This document shows, piece by piece, positions 1 to 12,789 of a stretch of DNA of 64,000 nt. How positions within the stretch are numbered: the stretch's first letter is position 1; each line of letters opens with the position of its first letter. The notes beneath the pieces were generated by a model that was not told where the DNA came from, did no database searches, and saw only the letters and a list, made by a program, of their open reading frames with translations. The position numbers and the translations under genes are program-made. Origin of the DNA: Octopus sinensis (lineage: Eukaryota); assembly GCF_006345805.1 (NCBI RefSeq), contig NC_043007.1, positions 3,968,001 through 4,032,000 on the forward strand, in the 5' to 3' direction.

Positions 1-1390
1 AGCTTAATTGGGAATACTATTCAAGCTGGATGAGTTATTTATATTTAGATGATTTATTTCACTTGCCGTTTCATTTTTATCCACTGGAGTTAAGAGTTTC
101 ATTTACTATCAAGTTTTTCAGTTGTTTTTAAATTCACTCATATATTTATACAGCAATCATTAAACTTGTTAGTAATATTTCTTTAATTTCATTTCCAATT
201 TTTTCCCAATACTTAATATTTGAACTTTTGAATATTAAATTTTATAATTATTTTTTTTTCATTCATTTTGAAGTTATTGAAATATTAATATTTCTGTTCA
301 TTTGAAAATATCTAAAGTAGTGTTTAGTGATGTTCATGCTAGAAAAAGCAGAGTTACTTGATTATGTTGAGTACTCTCTTTCGTTAGAAACTTGTCCATG
401 ATAAAGTTTAAATTCATGACCATGTGGTCAGTACAGTAATTGAAGCATAATACCACACTCACGATGTGTATGACATTTATAAACTATTTCAGCAAGGAAA
501 TGACAAAAGAGGTAATTGTCCTTTCGGTGGCTGAGTAGCTGGTTTAAAGAACACACAGTTTATGTTTAAAATAGTTTTCTTAAACCTATCAATATTAGCA
601 TAGATTGAATTCTTTCTTCTTTGTTTTTTGCCTTTTCCTATATGATTATTTGAAGCAAATCATTTCTACAATTAGACAGCCTTTCTGCTAATGCCCATCA
701 CCCAGGAAATGAAAATGGTACCTAGTTTCAACTGTATGCAATCTAGTGTGCTTTACATAAGAGCAAAAGGAAGGTGGTTCTAATGGTTTGTATTCATGGC
801 ATTCTGGTATATAGGTTGGCACTTTGATCTCACTATGACTGGATTTGTGTATTGATTTTTCTTCCTGGCACATAATACCGACTTCTTTTTTTAATTGTGA
901 AAAAATGTAAAATTGAAAAATCAATCTTAACTTCAACCAAGCCTCCTGCTTGTACGTATATTGGCAATTCTAGAGAAATTGTATGCTCTATAAATTTTGG
1001 CAGGGAGATAAGGAACTGAAATAGTTTAGTTTATGAAAATCAGACATACTCTGGCTGTGAGGTTATAGCTTAACTCTTAAAATCCTACAATGATTTCTCT
1101 GTATAAGAACCTCAATTGTTTTGAGATTAGAAACTTGAGATTTTGAGGAAATGCTGATTGTCCTGTATAAATATCATAAGAATATAACTACAGCATGAAT
1201 TTGGATGAAATATGCTGATACAATATAATTGTTGGTGTAAGTTTTGAATGTAGTTTTTATCTGTTGTTGATTTATACCTGTTGTCATGTCCCTTCATCTG
1301 TCCCTTTAAGTTGAATACACTCAAGCATTAGACATACATTTACAAGGTATTGTTTCCTGTGCATTGATTCCCTAATTAAATCATTAATAA
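1..1390 (-). mobile_element. Degenerate Penelope-like element relic, possibly the Naiad type (N-terminal GIY-YIG, CxC linker, start of RT)
   Basis: Minus-strand fragments in order: KQYLV...LKGQMKGHDNRYK (resembles GIY-YIG QYVGxT...RMNGHR), IPECHEYKPLEPPSFCSY, KCHTHREC...LY*PHGH (resembles CxC...PxGH linker), LTPVDK. Many stops and frameshifts; runs off the window start. Confidence 0.4.
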
Positions 1391-1829
1391 ATAGATAATA
1401 ATAAATAAATCACTAATAAATAATATTATCAAATTCTAACTAAATATTTGAGGTGTTAACTGTTATTAAGCTCGAAAACGAAAGGCAGAAAAAGTCCAAA
1501 GAATTTTATTTGCTAAAATTTCAAAAGTTAAATATAATAAGTAGGAAGGATTTTGATAGGAAGTTCTTTCTAAAATGGTGCTCAACTTAGTTTCTTGCTC
1601 AGAAGTGTTTAGTTTCAGTTTTTCATCCCAAATAAGGATATTATTTAAACGGCATTTTTGTGCAGCTTAGGATTTGGTAACTGGTGTGAAAATCTGCAAT
1701 ATAGGATTTTAATAGTTAAGTACAATTGTACCTAACACATTGTTATGGGTTCAAATGTGGTGGTGGTGTTGAGTATGCTTGACTAGCTTTGACTGCACAG
1801 GGTTGTAGTGATTGCCATAGGCATTCTAC

Positions 1830-1963
1830 AGGTGGATACCCTTCCTGTAGAAACTCTGCCAAATCAGATTGGAATCTGGTGCAGCCATCTGGTTCGCCAG
1901 ATGTCAGTCAAATCATCCAACCCATGCTAGCATGGAAAATGGGCGTTAAACGATGATGATGAT
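1830..1963 (+). mobile_element. RTE LINE 3' end fragment with (GAT)n tail
   Basis: tgtagaaactctgccaaatcagattgg...ccaacccatgctagcatggaaaatgggcgttaaacgatgatgatgat; same tail as the RTE at 50571-51234. Confidence 0.8.
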
Positions 1964-2940
1964 TCTAGCATTTTGTAAAAAGGGAAAGGGAAAAACAGCT
2001 TAAAATTAACCTGTGAATTTTTCCAAATCAGGTACCAACCTTTCTAACAATATCTCTTTGTTGGCATTAGAGGTTAGCTTTTTGTCCTTTGTTCTCTTTC
2101 CATTCTGCTTCTAATATTTTGGTTACCTCTCTTTTCTGAGAAGGTCATTCTACTTTCTAAGATATAATTAAAAGTATTTCAGTTATAATTTAAAAACTTA
2201 ACAAGAAATTATAAAAAAAAAGTGAAATCAACAGAATCAATCCTTATACATAGATTTAGAAAACTGCAACATTTGGAAACAATAAATTTTAATTTACCAT
2301 TAAAATTTATTGATTTTTAAATGAAATATAAAACAATTAATATTATGTTTCATTTCTTTATTTGATAAACTGATTTTTCATATTGGGAGATATTTTGCAT
2401 TGAATTAGGGTTGAGATTCTGGTGAGGGTGTTAATACTTTTTGTGATAATAGATTTATATACATATATATGTGCAGGTGTGTCTGTTTATGAAAATATCA
2501 GGTGTATATGGAAATACATACATACATACATGCATGCACACATACATACATTTAATACATACATAAATGTGTGTGTGTGTGAATATACTAATGTGTGTGA
2601 TGAGTTGCTTGTTTCTAATTCTTTCTTTCTCTGTCTCTCCCCCCTCTCTCATTTACAAACATATAAAGCAAGGTTTTATGATGGACATGGAATTGTTAAG
2701 TTGCATATTACTTTGCTGATAACATTTACATTATAACATTAACTTGATCCAAGTGAAATGAAAACCATGATCCTAATGGTACCTAATCTCTTCATTTTCT
2801 GGCCTTCTATACTACTTACACAAGGCAAAGAATTATAACTAGAATAAACAGGCTAAAGGGTGAGAAATCTTAAAGAAACATTTCACTCTAAAAATTGCAG
2901 TTTATTAGCTATTTTGATACTTTAATATTCATTAACATAT

Positions 2941-3136
2941 CTAAGGCAGTGAGCTGGCAGAAACGTTAGCATACCGGGCAAAATGCTTTGTGCTATTTCA
3001 TCTGTCTTTACGTTTTGAGTTCAAATTCTGCCAACCTTTCGGGGTTGATAAATTAAGTACCAGTTGCATACTGGGGTCAATCTAATCGACTGGCCCCCAC
3101 TCTCCAAAAATTTTGGGCTTTTCTAGAAAAGAAAAG
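2941..3136 (+). mobile_element. tRNA-derived SINE (type A, Meta/RUDI-like central domain)
   Basis: A-box gagctggcagaa, B-box gagttcaaattc, central cctttcggggttgataaattaagtacc; flanked by a 17-bp direct repeat aatattcattaacatat (2924-2940, 3137-3153). Confidence 0.85.
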
Positions 3137-3666
3137 AATATTCATTAACATATTTCACTGGCAATATGTAACTCCTCATCTACTAGGAAGTTAACCAAAG
3201 AAAAGAGAACTCTGGTTAATTATAAAACAAAAATCACCACTGTCTTGTTGGAAAATTTGCTTTTGATTGATTTTTTTTTTTTTTTTGGTATGTGCTTTGT
3301 TTAATTTTATGTGCTATGTTTCTTCATTGATGATATATTGGGTAACACAAAAATTACCATCAATTGTATTTTTCTGGACGATCATTTGTTGGCAAGGAAT
3401 ATAGGTACTGACATTTTCTTTCAGACTATGCAATTATAAAATTATGATGTAAAAATGTTATCACATTTATGTATTTTGTTTCATGAAATACAAAGTATGG
3501 AAAATATTCAAAACATTTGTAACAGTGTATGACTTCACTCGTTTACAAACAATGCCCTGAAATAGAATCGTAGTGTTAGAAATTATTTTGCAATATGAGC
3601 AAGTATTATCTTCGTATATAGTTTTTGCTTATTAGAATTGTAATTCTGCTTCTGCTTATCTCTTTT

Positions 3667-3819
3667 GTGCAACCATTTATATTGAGATAACTGGCTACTT
3701 TGACTGTATATTTTACCATAGATATCACGGTCATATGGCTTCTCCTTTAAGTGAATATGTTTAAGACTAGATAAACTACAATTATGAGAGAATGCTTTAT
3801 TGTAGATAGAAAAATTGTA
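3667..3819 (-). pseudogene. Degenerate two-finger C2H2 zinc-finger fragment
   Basis: YNFSIYNKAFSHNCSLSSLKHIH-LKEKPY-DRDIYGKIYSQSSQLSQYKWLH keeps C2H2 spacing and an HTGEKPY-like linker, but the Cys and several His ligands are substituted. Confidence 0.7.
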
Positions 3820-4067
3820 TGTATGGTAGTTTCTTGTGACAGCAAATAACAGGGTTTTTTTTTGTCTATGGCTTCCTAGTCTGGCTAAAGTCAAGTTTAG
3901 TTGGATATTTAATAAGAAATGATATTTTTCTGAATATTTTTAGAAAGAAATTTAATTTGAAATTGAGTGTTGAAACAGATATTATTTCATCATGGTTGAG
4001 TTATATTAAACCTATACATTACTGTCCAGTTATATAGTTGCTCTTTTTCATAATGTAACTCTTTTGT

Positions 4068-4098
<31 letters not shown>

Positions 4099-5645
4099 TT
4101 CTATGTTTGGAGCATATCTCTTTGTCAGAAAAGAAAATGGAAAGTCCAGAGAAGGAAAACTATCACCAACAGCATGTATATAGAAATTAAGCTTATAGAT
4201 GAAGGTTTTTCAATATTTTTTCATGCTCTGCTGACCCACTTGGCATGGAGGGTCCTATGTGAAAATGCTGTTTTAATCAGAATTTAATACTGTTGAGCCT
4301 ACTAAGTCAGTTTTGAAGCATCATAACCTGAGTTTAAGTATTTTGTTATCCTACTTGATTTTAGATTGGGCACACCACACTTCTTTCTCTATTATCATAA
4401 ACACTGGTGAACCATGGGGATATGTGTTAAGCCTCAAACTGTAATTTTTTACCTGAAATAGCATTTCAGTAGTTCCATAAAGGTTATAAAGTTTGATGTG
4501 TAAAGCATACAAGAGGGCAGAGGTTAATGATAAAGTGTACTGACAATAGTTTGGCATTGAACAGAAATACTAATGTGCTCATTGTTGATTGTAGGAGTAA
4601 TGTGAAAAGCTTCAGATTCCAGATAGATTTTTGTGATCTGTATTGGTCTTATTCACCATGCACAATCTGACTTTGGATCTGCTCTTTAACTCCTCCCAGT
4701 GTACAGTTAAAAACAACCTGACCTATTGCAAAACAATGTGATATAGCAATTACTTCATGTTTCATCAGACCAAAACAGATTTTGGCAAGTGGTGAGAGCT
4801 TCTAAAAAATTCTTTGACATTCAATTTTTGTTTTCAGAGATTTATCACGGTCACTGTTTTAGGAAGACTTTTGCATCCTCTTAGACAGTATCCACTTCAG
4901 CTGCAGGGTTTTCATGTAGCAATCATTTAGTAGATGCTAAAAATAACTGCTTGAACCTTGATAACCAAATCAAAGAGCTATTTCATTTTCAGGGCTGTTA
5001 CATAGCTAATCTTAACCTTCTGTCATTCCTTTGTATGGAAATATTTCACATTTCAGTGTAGTTGTATTATTATAATCTTTTGCAGTTATATCTTATGTGT
5101 ACTGTGATATTTCACTGTACCACAATATATCTAATTACATATTGTTTTATCTTATATCTATTATATATTATTTTGTCATTTTATTATAGCAATGCATCCC
5201 GTCATTGTCTGGGTGTTATGACCTACAGCCACATTGCATTATTTGTTCCTTCCTTATGGGTTGAATCAGCACAGCTGATATATAAGGAACTGGATTACTG
5301 GCATAATAGAAGTTATTGTTTGTTTAAAAGTGAAGGGCAGGGTGAGGGTTTAAATTGCATGGGTTTGTATGAAAGTGCTTTCTGTTCTTAAGAAGGATCA
5401 TAAACTATGTATTGTTTCATTGTATAAAAGGTGGTTAATACAATTTTGCCCAGAAATCATGTTTTCAAAATTATAATTTCCCTCCCATCCCCACTGCAAT
5501 TTCTTAACTTGTAACTTTTATCAAATTTTTTTTTTTATATCCGTGTAGGAAAATACAGAGATTACGAATCTGGGGAATATATATTTTGTTTTTAAGTTTA
5601 ATTTTTCTTAAAGAAATACTCCCTGCCCCTTCCCCTACCTCATCC

Positions 5646-5878
5646 ACCCATCACCTACCCACTTTCAAAAAGCTAAAATCTCCTAATGTTTCACTTTCCT
5701 CTGATGTTTCATGCATGTGTAGAGTTGTACTGAAATAGCAGACCACCACAAGAAAACCTGACATGCTAGAAACAACAGGTAAATGACATTATTTCTGAAG
5801 AAACTTTCCTGCTTTCCCAAAAGCTAAACGTGAAACATTAGGAGTTTGTAACTTTTTGAAAATAGTGAGGTGATGGGT
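5646..5878. mobile_element. Short inverted-repeat element (about 49-bp arms); PLE-type inverted terminus or MITE
   Basis: acccatcacctacccactttcaaaaagctaaaatctcctaatgtttcac (5646-5694) is the imperfect reverse complement of 5830-5878; ctgaaga...gaaacatt lies at the right arm. Confidence 0.65.
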
Positions 5879-5884
5879 AAGCTT

Positions 5885-6178
5885 AGTACTTATTCTATCG
5901 GTCTCTGTTGTTGAACTGCTAAGTTATGAGGATGTAAGCACACCAGCATCGGTTGTCAAGCGATGTTGGGGGTGGGGGAGGAAGCACACACACATACACA
6001 CATAGGTACATACATACAGCAGCAGCCTTCTTTCAGTTTCTGTCTACCAGATCTACTCACAAGGCTTTGGTCAGCCCGAAGCTACAGTAGAAGATACTTG
6101 CCCAAGGTGCCATGCAGTGGGACTGAACCTGGAACCATGTGGTTGGTATGCAAGCTACTTACTACACAGCCACTCCTG
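5885..6178 (-). mobile_element. tRNA/CORE-type SINE (type B), 3'-truncated
   Basis: Reverse complement of aggagtggctgtgt...ggttcagtcccactgcatggcaccttgggcaagt...; matches the full copy at 44868-45278. Confidence 0.85.
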
Positions 6179-6384
6179 ATTAGTACAGGACCTAATTAGT
6201 ACAGGACCCTTTTCTTTATGCATGGAATAAGTAATATATTGTTTCATGAAATGTAGGTATATATTCAAGAAAGAAATAATTAAAAGAAAGATAAAACAAT
6301 GTTGAAATTATAAAAACATTTAATAAAGCAAATGTTTTTATTTCTATATGCAACATTGTATACAGCAGGAAATTTTGATTATCA

Positions 6385-6700
6385 ACCAATGTCTGTGCAG
6401 ACAACATTTTTCATCAATTTAACATTTTCTTAACCAAGATATCTATAAAATATTCTTGACATAGTAAATTGGATTTGATCAGCAAGAATCTTCATGTGTG
6501 AAGGATCCTCAAATTTACTGAGAGCAGCATACAACTGACCACGTATGAGTACCGTTGTAGGCAGGGAAATGCCATATTTTGATGGGCATGCTTTTGTCTT
6601 TTGTTTATCAACATGATGAATGCAGGTCTGGTGGGGTTGGGGTGGGGAATCTGTACTGGATGGTTGTAGGTTGATACAGAGAGTCTGCAAAGTATGTCCT
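6385..6700 (-). mobile_element. Helitron RepHel C-terminal (PIF1 helicase) relic
   Basis: Frameshifted CINLQPSSTDSP...RPAFIMLINKRQ...YGISLPTTVLIRGQLYAALSK...KNVVCTDI resembles the consensus PRIxLxPSD...RPAFAMTINKSQGQ...GIxLPxPVFSHGQLYVALSR...TxNVVYxE. Confidence 0.75.
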
Positions 6701-7211
6701 CAACACCAGTAATTTTTTGCTTGCTTTTGTGAAGGTGTCAGCAGCTGATTCCTTGAAAATGGCTGCAAGAAATTAATCATTCAACTGTCTCTCTGAAATA
6801 ATGGAAGGGAAGGAAGCGAGACTGACAAATGGTGCTTGTGTATCTGGGTTATTTGTGTGTTGGGAAAAAGAGCTCAGTGTAAAAACATAGATAGAGAGGT
6901 TGACAGACATTTCTTTTTTTTTTTTTATAAAAGTAACTTATGAAAAGCAAATTAAAAACCCATTTATTTGTAAGTTTTCTGAAGAGAAATCTATGAATGG
7001 AAATTTGTTTCGGTTTTTGTTTACTTTTCATATGTTCCATTTTAAAATAAGAAAGTTCTTATCTTCAACAATTGTAGCTTAATAAGTAAATGCTTTTAAC
7101 AATGGTGTTGAGAAATGAAAATAGTTTGGTAAGAGAGACAGACAGGTATACTGTCATATTTGCATATATATGTGTGTGTGTACACGTACGCACACACTCA
7201 CACACGTATGC

Positions 7212-7213
<2 letters not shown>

Positions 7214-7265
<52 letters not shown>
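7214..7265. repeat. (GA)n microsatellite
   Basis: Direct reading. Confidence 0.95.
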
Positions 7266-7268
<3 letters not shown>

Positions 7269-9414
7269 AGGATGCAGCTGATCCAGAAGTTTTGTAACAA
7301 ATGGACAAATTTAACAATCATTATATGAAGATTATCATTATATATTACTGTATATATTGTTGTGTTATCTTGAACTCACATTGCATTTAGTTTTGAATAG
7401 CGTCAATCATAACAAATATATATATCAGATTGAAATCTGAGCTGTGAGAAATTTTTATTGTAAATAATTTCACAATAACTTAAACTGAATTATGTATGCG
7501 TGAATCTGCTTGTGTTGAACATCTTAAAATTCTTTATGAGTTAGTCTATTCAGTCTTTATTAGCCAGTAATATGGAGAATCAGTGGAGTGATATGGGTCT
7601 ACTTGGAATTTGAAGCTGTTCTACAGACTCACTTTACTAACAATGGTATGCATGCAGTAAGACATGTGTTAATACAATTACATGGTGACAATTCATTATT
7701 CTGCGGACTTTATCATCATCATGGGAAAATGTTGATGTAAAGAATAAATGTAATTATTTTTATATTTTTAATTAATATATTTCTTTAAGAATTATGTTAC
7801 TCGTTTTATGTTTAAATCATCTGCTTTTTTTTCTTGTTTAATTTTGTCAAGAAATTTTTGTAAGGCATAGATATTTTTTTTATTTTAATCATATTTGCCA
7901 ATTTTCAAATCCTTAAACACTTTTGATTTATGACTCATTTCATCATTATTTATGATTCAGTTAATAATTATAATTAGTTTTTTGCCACGATCATGTGTCC
8001 AATTCACAAATATTTGCTGTATTTGATATGTAATCTTTACAGTTGGTAAAAATAGGGAGAATTATCTTTCTCAGATGGCAATTTATAATACTATGTGGTT
8101 AGCATAGTTCTGTGGCATGTTGCTTTAAGATTCTATGTCAGTAATGTTCTTAAAGTTGCTATTATCTCTGCCTGAAAATATTTATCATATACAGATCGTT
8201 AATTATACAAAATAAAGTACTTGTTTATAGTATGACCATCTTATCTTTAGTTTGGAGCATTAGACATATGATACCTGGTTGAGGCAGGATATTGGTTGGT
8301 TGTTTCTTTGGGACCGTTGACACATTTTACAATGTCATTTTAAACCTCAGTTGCAAAAAAACAACCAAACTTGAACTTTATTTCTACTTGACAAAGACTA
8401 ACTGCAACTGAAGGAAAGCCTGAAGATGATAAAGTTTTATTGTTGGGACTATCACAGAAGTGAAACTAAAGTCCCAGTAACATCACAGTACCAATAAAAA
8501 TGATTTCTTACTTTGGTAATAAATTACAAAATTTTAAGGGCAGGATATCAGTGATTGATCATATTTCTAATGCAGGCTTGATATTATTTTATCAAACTTG
8601 AGAGAATTAAAGAGAAAAACCAATGCCAGTGAGAAATGAGCTCAAAGAACTGAGAAACAGGGATAATACTGAAAGACAATTAGGCGAGTGCTTTACTGAA
8701 TCTGCCATTCTATTTGTACCAGCACTGTATAAGTTTTCCCTTCATATAATATTTAATCTCTGTATCAAGCAAGCAGAGTGTGGAGCTATATAAAAATGAT
8801 AACAGGGTTGATAATGTTTTGTTGTACAGATGTTCGTTTTGTGATACGGTAACAAAGTTCAGAGAGAAAGATTAAAGAAAACGTTCTCAAAATTTCGTTT
8901 GTGTCAAATTGATGAAATTTACATTTAAAATTTACAAAAATAAAATCTTCCAACTTTGATTGAAGTTTGAAGTTACCTCTTGAAATGATTCCAATTTTGT
9001 TTGTCGTTTGAATATTCTGTTATTGGGTGCTTATTGCTAAAGTTTTTCCCTGCATAATCTATAATCCAATAAATTACATGGGTATCTTCTAATTATCAAG
9101 AAAATACACCAGCATTATTCAAGTGAAATGTTTAGTCATATGGCTGATAAGTTAAAAGAAGCCATTATTCAGGTTTACATCTGTTACATCAAGCAACCAT
9201 AGTTTTTTTTTTCAATATTCTTATGATTTTCTTTTAAAGGTTTTTAGCTAAGCAACTTTGAAGAAGTTAATGTTTATCACTGTGACTGACTGATTTTGAG
9301 CATGGTACATCCATCCATCCATCCATCCATATAGACTGGCATATATGAGTTTACATTTACATGTATACATCTATTTGTTTCTCTACCATTTTTTTAGAGT
9401 ATCAAGTACATGTA

Positions 9415-9632
9415 CTATGGGCAGTGGATTATCAGAATCATTAGCATGTTGGACAGAAATAGTCGTTATATTTGTTCTGGGTCTTTAGGCTCCGAGTTCA
9501 ATTCCTGCTATGATCAACTTTGCTATTCATCCTTCTAGGGTTCATAAAGTATTTGTCAAGTACTAGGGCTGATAGTATCAGCTAACCCCTTCCCTTAAAA
9601 TTGTGGGCCATTTGCTAAAATCAGAAACCATA
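9415..9632 (+). mobile_element. Diverged type A tRNA SINE
   Basis: cagaatcattagcatg...gagttcaattcc...tcatccttctaggg...aaattgtgggcc. Confidence 0.65.
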
Positions 9633-9659
9633 AATATGGCTACACATGAATGTATACTC

Positions 9660-10068
9660 ACAGGTGTGCACGTCTGGCTTCCGTGTCAGTGGCACGTAAA
9701 AAGCACCATTTGAGCGTGATTGTTACCAGCGTCGCCTTACTGGCACTTGTGCCAGTGGCACGTGAACAAAACATTCGAGCGAGGTCGTTGCCAGTGCTGC
9801 TGGACTGACTTCTGTGCGGGTGGCATGTAAAAAACACCATTTGAGCATGGCTATTGCCAGTGCCGCCAGACTGGCCCTCGTGCTGGTGGCACATAAAAGC
9901 ACCCACTACACTCTCAGAGTGGTTGGTGTTAGGAAGGGCATTCAGCTGTAGAAGCTCTGCCAGATCAGATCGGAACCTGGTGCAGCCATCTGGTTCGCCA
10001 GTCCTCAGTCAAATCGTCCAACCCATGCTAGCATGGAAAGTGGATGTTAAATGATGATGATGATGATG
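9660..10068 (+). mobile_element. RTE LINE 3' UTR with four internal tandem modules and (GAT)n tail
   Basis: Repeated gtgccagtggcacgt...aaaagcacc modules, then ggttggtgttaggaagggcattcagctgtagaa...gatgatgat. Confidence 0.85.
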
Positions 10069-10789
10069 TGCATAGCTGTGTGATTATAAAAGAAAACATA
10101 GAAGGGCATAAAAGAGCTAAAATAGTATAAGAGTATAAAAAAAGCTAAATGGCAGATAAATTGATATAAAAGTGCATCAGTATATTCTATACCTGAACGT
10201 TCATGTTGGCTAATATGTTTAAGTGTCTTTATGTCTATATACAATAAGTGTATCTAAGCACACTTACGTAAAATCAAATTGAAATTTTTTGAAATGTTTT
10301 ACAGACTTCCCCTGATAGATAAAAAGCTATAGATTGTATGCTTTTCTTTACCTTTTATTTCAGAAATTTTATACATAAATGAAGGAACTGTTCTATAAGT
10401 TAAAAATAAGCCTCCAAAATTGAAATGCAAACTACTAAAGGGGTTCAATGAATTTTTTCAAACACTCGAGAAACTGTACTTCACCAAAGTTTATTTTGTG
10501 GAGCTACTTAGAGTAGCTAAACACATACCTGTGAACTTTAAATAGCTTGAAAGTAAGGTGATCATTTCAGTTGCTTCTGTACTACGAGCACTTTTTGCAT
10601 ATTTTGATAATGCAACATCATTTTTTGGACATAGCAGAATGCTTACTTTCGCATCACCTTTTACAATCCCTTCAAAGTTTTTTATGTAAATTTTCTAGTG
10701 TAAAGGCAGCTTGCATTAGTCCAATAAGTATTATCTTTCAAGAAACCTTTCTTTACTTCAGAAAAAAAGTTGCTTTTATTTTTTTTTAG

Positions 10790-11245
10790 ATGAAAATGCA
10801 TTCAAAGGAAATAATTTGTTTAGTTCAAAGGAAGACAGAAGATAGCCTGAGCCTGGGAAAAACAGCTGTTGATTTGAAGATTTCAAAATCTTCAGTGAAA
10901 TATATGTTGAAGAATGACTATAACTGGAGGAATAAGAATAAGAAGAGGAGGAGGAAAAATAGTCGCTTGGGAAGAGAACTTAAAGGCAAATGAAGACGAC
11001 TGTATCCCATGTCCTGGCAGCTGGAGAAAAAGTAATGGCATAAGAAGGAGAGAAATGTGAAATAGATGTAAATATTCAAAGAACACCGAAAGAAACTGGA
11101 TACAAGTATGGTAAATCCAAGAGGAAATTTTATTTAAGCAAAAAAAGACCAAAGAAAGGAAGGCTAGACTGCACAAAATTATGGTTAACTAATTGATTTT
11201 AGCAAATTAGTATTTACTGATGAAAAGCACTTTTAGTTCAATGGA
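10790..11245 (+). mobile_element. Tc1/mariner transposase relic (N-terminal HTH up to first catalytic Asp)
   Basis: SLGKTAVDLKISKSSVKYML (HTH-like) and IDFSKLVFTDEKHF*FNG (resembles WxxVVFSDEKKFNLDG); truncated by an RTE at about 11248. Confidence 0.7.
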
Positions 11246-11247
11246 AA

Positions 11248-11952
11248 AGGGAAAAGAAACAGGCATGGAAAGACTAGATGAATGGTGGTAGCAGGAAATT
11301 GTATTAGATTGCCAGAAGGGAAGCTAGGAGAGAGGTTTACTTAGCCAGAAGGGAAGCAGATAAGAAAAAATTTGCTAATGTTCTGTGTTGTGAGGACCAA
11401 AGACTTGAAGTGTTTCGTGTTGCAAGACAGTTTGTGAGAGATAATCGTGAGAGAAATGTATCCGCATGGATGATGGCTCACTTGCATTTAATAAGGCTGC
11501 AAAGAGAGAGAGAGAGTTGGAGATGCCACTATGAAAGGTTGCTAAATGAAGAGAATGAATGGGAGAATGAGAGTCTGCTGAATGTTGACCTAACAGAGGG
11601 ACCAGCAATCTGAATTGACAGTGCCTTGGTAGATAAAGCAATTAAGGGTATGAAGACAGAGAAAGTCCCCTGCCCATCAGGAATCACTGCAGAGATGCTT
11701 AAAATATCTGGCGGTGTCGGCTATAGTCTAGTCACCCATATAGTCAATCAAGTGATGCATGAAGGAGTCATACTCAATGACTGGTGTAGCAGCACCATAG
11801 TCAGCTGCTACGAAGGTAAAGGTGATGCATTAGATACAAATAACTACAGAGGTATCAAGTTGTTGGATCAGGTAATGAAAGCCACAGAGAGGGTCTTAGC
11901 CCAAATAATTTGGGAGAGAATCAGTTTAGACGAGATGCAGTTTGGGTTCGTG
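11248..11952 (+). mobile_element. RTE LINE ORF fragment (linker and RT N-terminal part), pseudogenised
   Basis: KAIKGMKTEKVPCPSGITAEMLK...W...IVSCYEGKGDALDTNNYRGIKLL...KATER...QFGF is a typical non-LTR RT N-terminus; in-frame stops upstream. Confidence 0.9.
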
Positions 11953-12312
11953 CATCATCATCATCATCATCGTCGTCGTCATCTAACATCTGCCTTCCAT
12001 GCTGGCATGGGTTGGACAATTTGACTGAGGTCTGGCAAGCCAGGCGGCTGCACCAAACTCCAATCTGTTCTGGCAAGGTTTCTACAGCTGGATGCCCTTC
12101 CTAATGCCAACTACTCTGAGAATGTAGTGGGTGCTTTTTATGTGCCATCACCATGGGGGACAGTCAAGCAACTCTGGCATCGACCTCGCTCGACTGGTGC
12201 TCTTTATGTGCTACCGGGATGGGAACCAGTCAGGCAGCACTGACAATGACCTTGCTTGAATGGTGGTTTTTATGTGCGACCAGCACAGGAGCCATTCAGG
12301 CGGCACTGGCCT
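11953..12312 (-). mobile_element. RTE LINE 3' UTR, (CAT)n on the plus strand
   Basis: catcatcat...ttccatgctggcatgggttggac...ctggatgcccttcctaatgccaac, plus inverted internal modules. Confidence 0.85.
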
Positions 12313-12789
12313 GTATAACAATGCAGATAGTCACAAACTGAACTTGAGAAAAGATTTGCATATTTCTAGAGTCTTACAGGCTGAATTTACAATTTATATG
12401 CATTAGTTGTTTTCATTTTATATTTTCTTTCTAGCTGACGTTCGTTATTTGATGTTCATTATCTGTTGGTCATTTGGTTTTCAAAATAGCGAACATTGTC
12501 TACTCCAGGTGATTTGGCTCATTCTATTAGGCTTCTACATTATTTATTTTTTTTGAGGATTGTTTCAGAAAACTTCTTTTTTATTTAATTGCAAAGTGTT
12601 GATAAATTCTACAAAGTTACTTTTGTCACTCAACCTGCTAGAAATAACAACCAGACATCTCTAAAATAATTCTCTACTATCTTATCAAACCCTTTTGCAT
12701 CTTATTCTCTGTATTTATGAAAAATACAACTCAAAGTGGCAATGCTGCTATTAATACTAGGCCTGACTACCTTTCAGCTCCCATTGTGA

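Noticed and set aside
722-864. Possible minus-strand host exon (cag|GAAG...AG|gtacc)
   Set aside because: Poor polypyrimidine tract, and the surrounding motifs fit a PLE relic better.
8424-8485. CUGAAGA...GAAAC-UAAA-GUC hammerhead candidate
   Set aside because: Stem II does not abut GAAA, and there is no stem I pairing.
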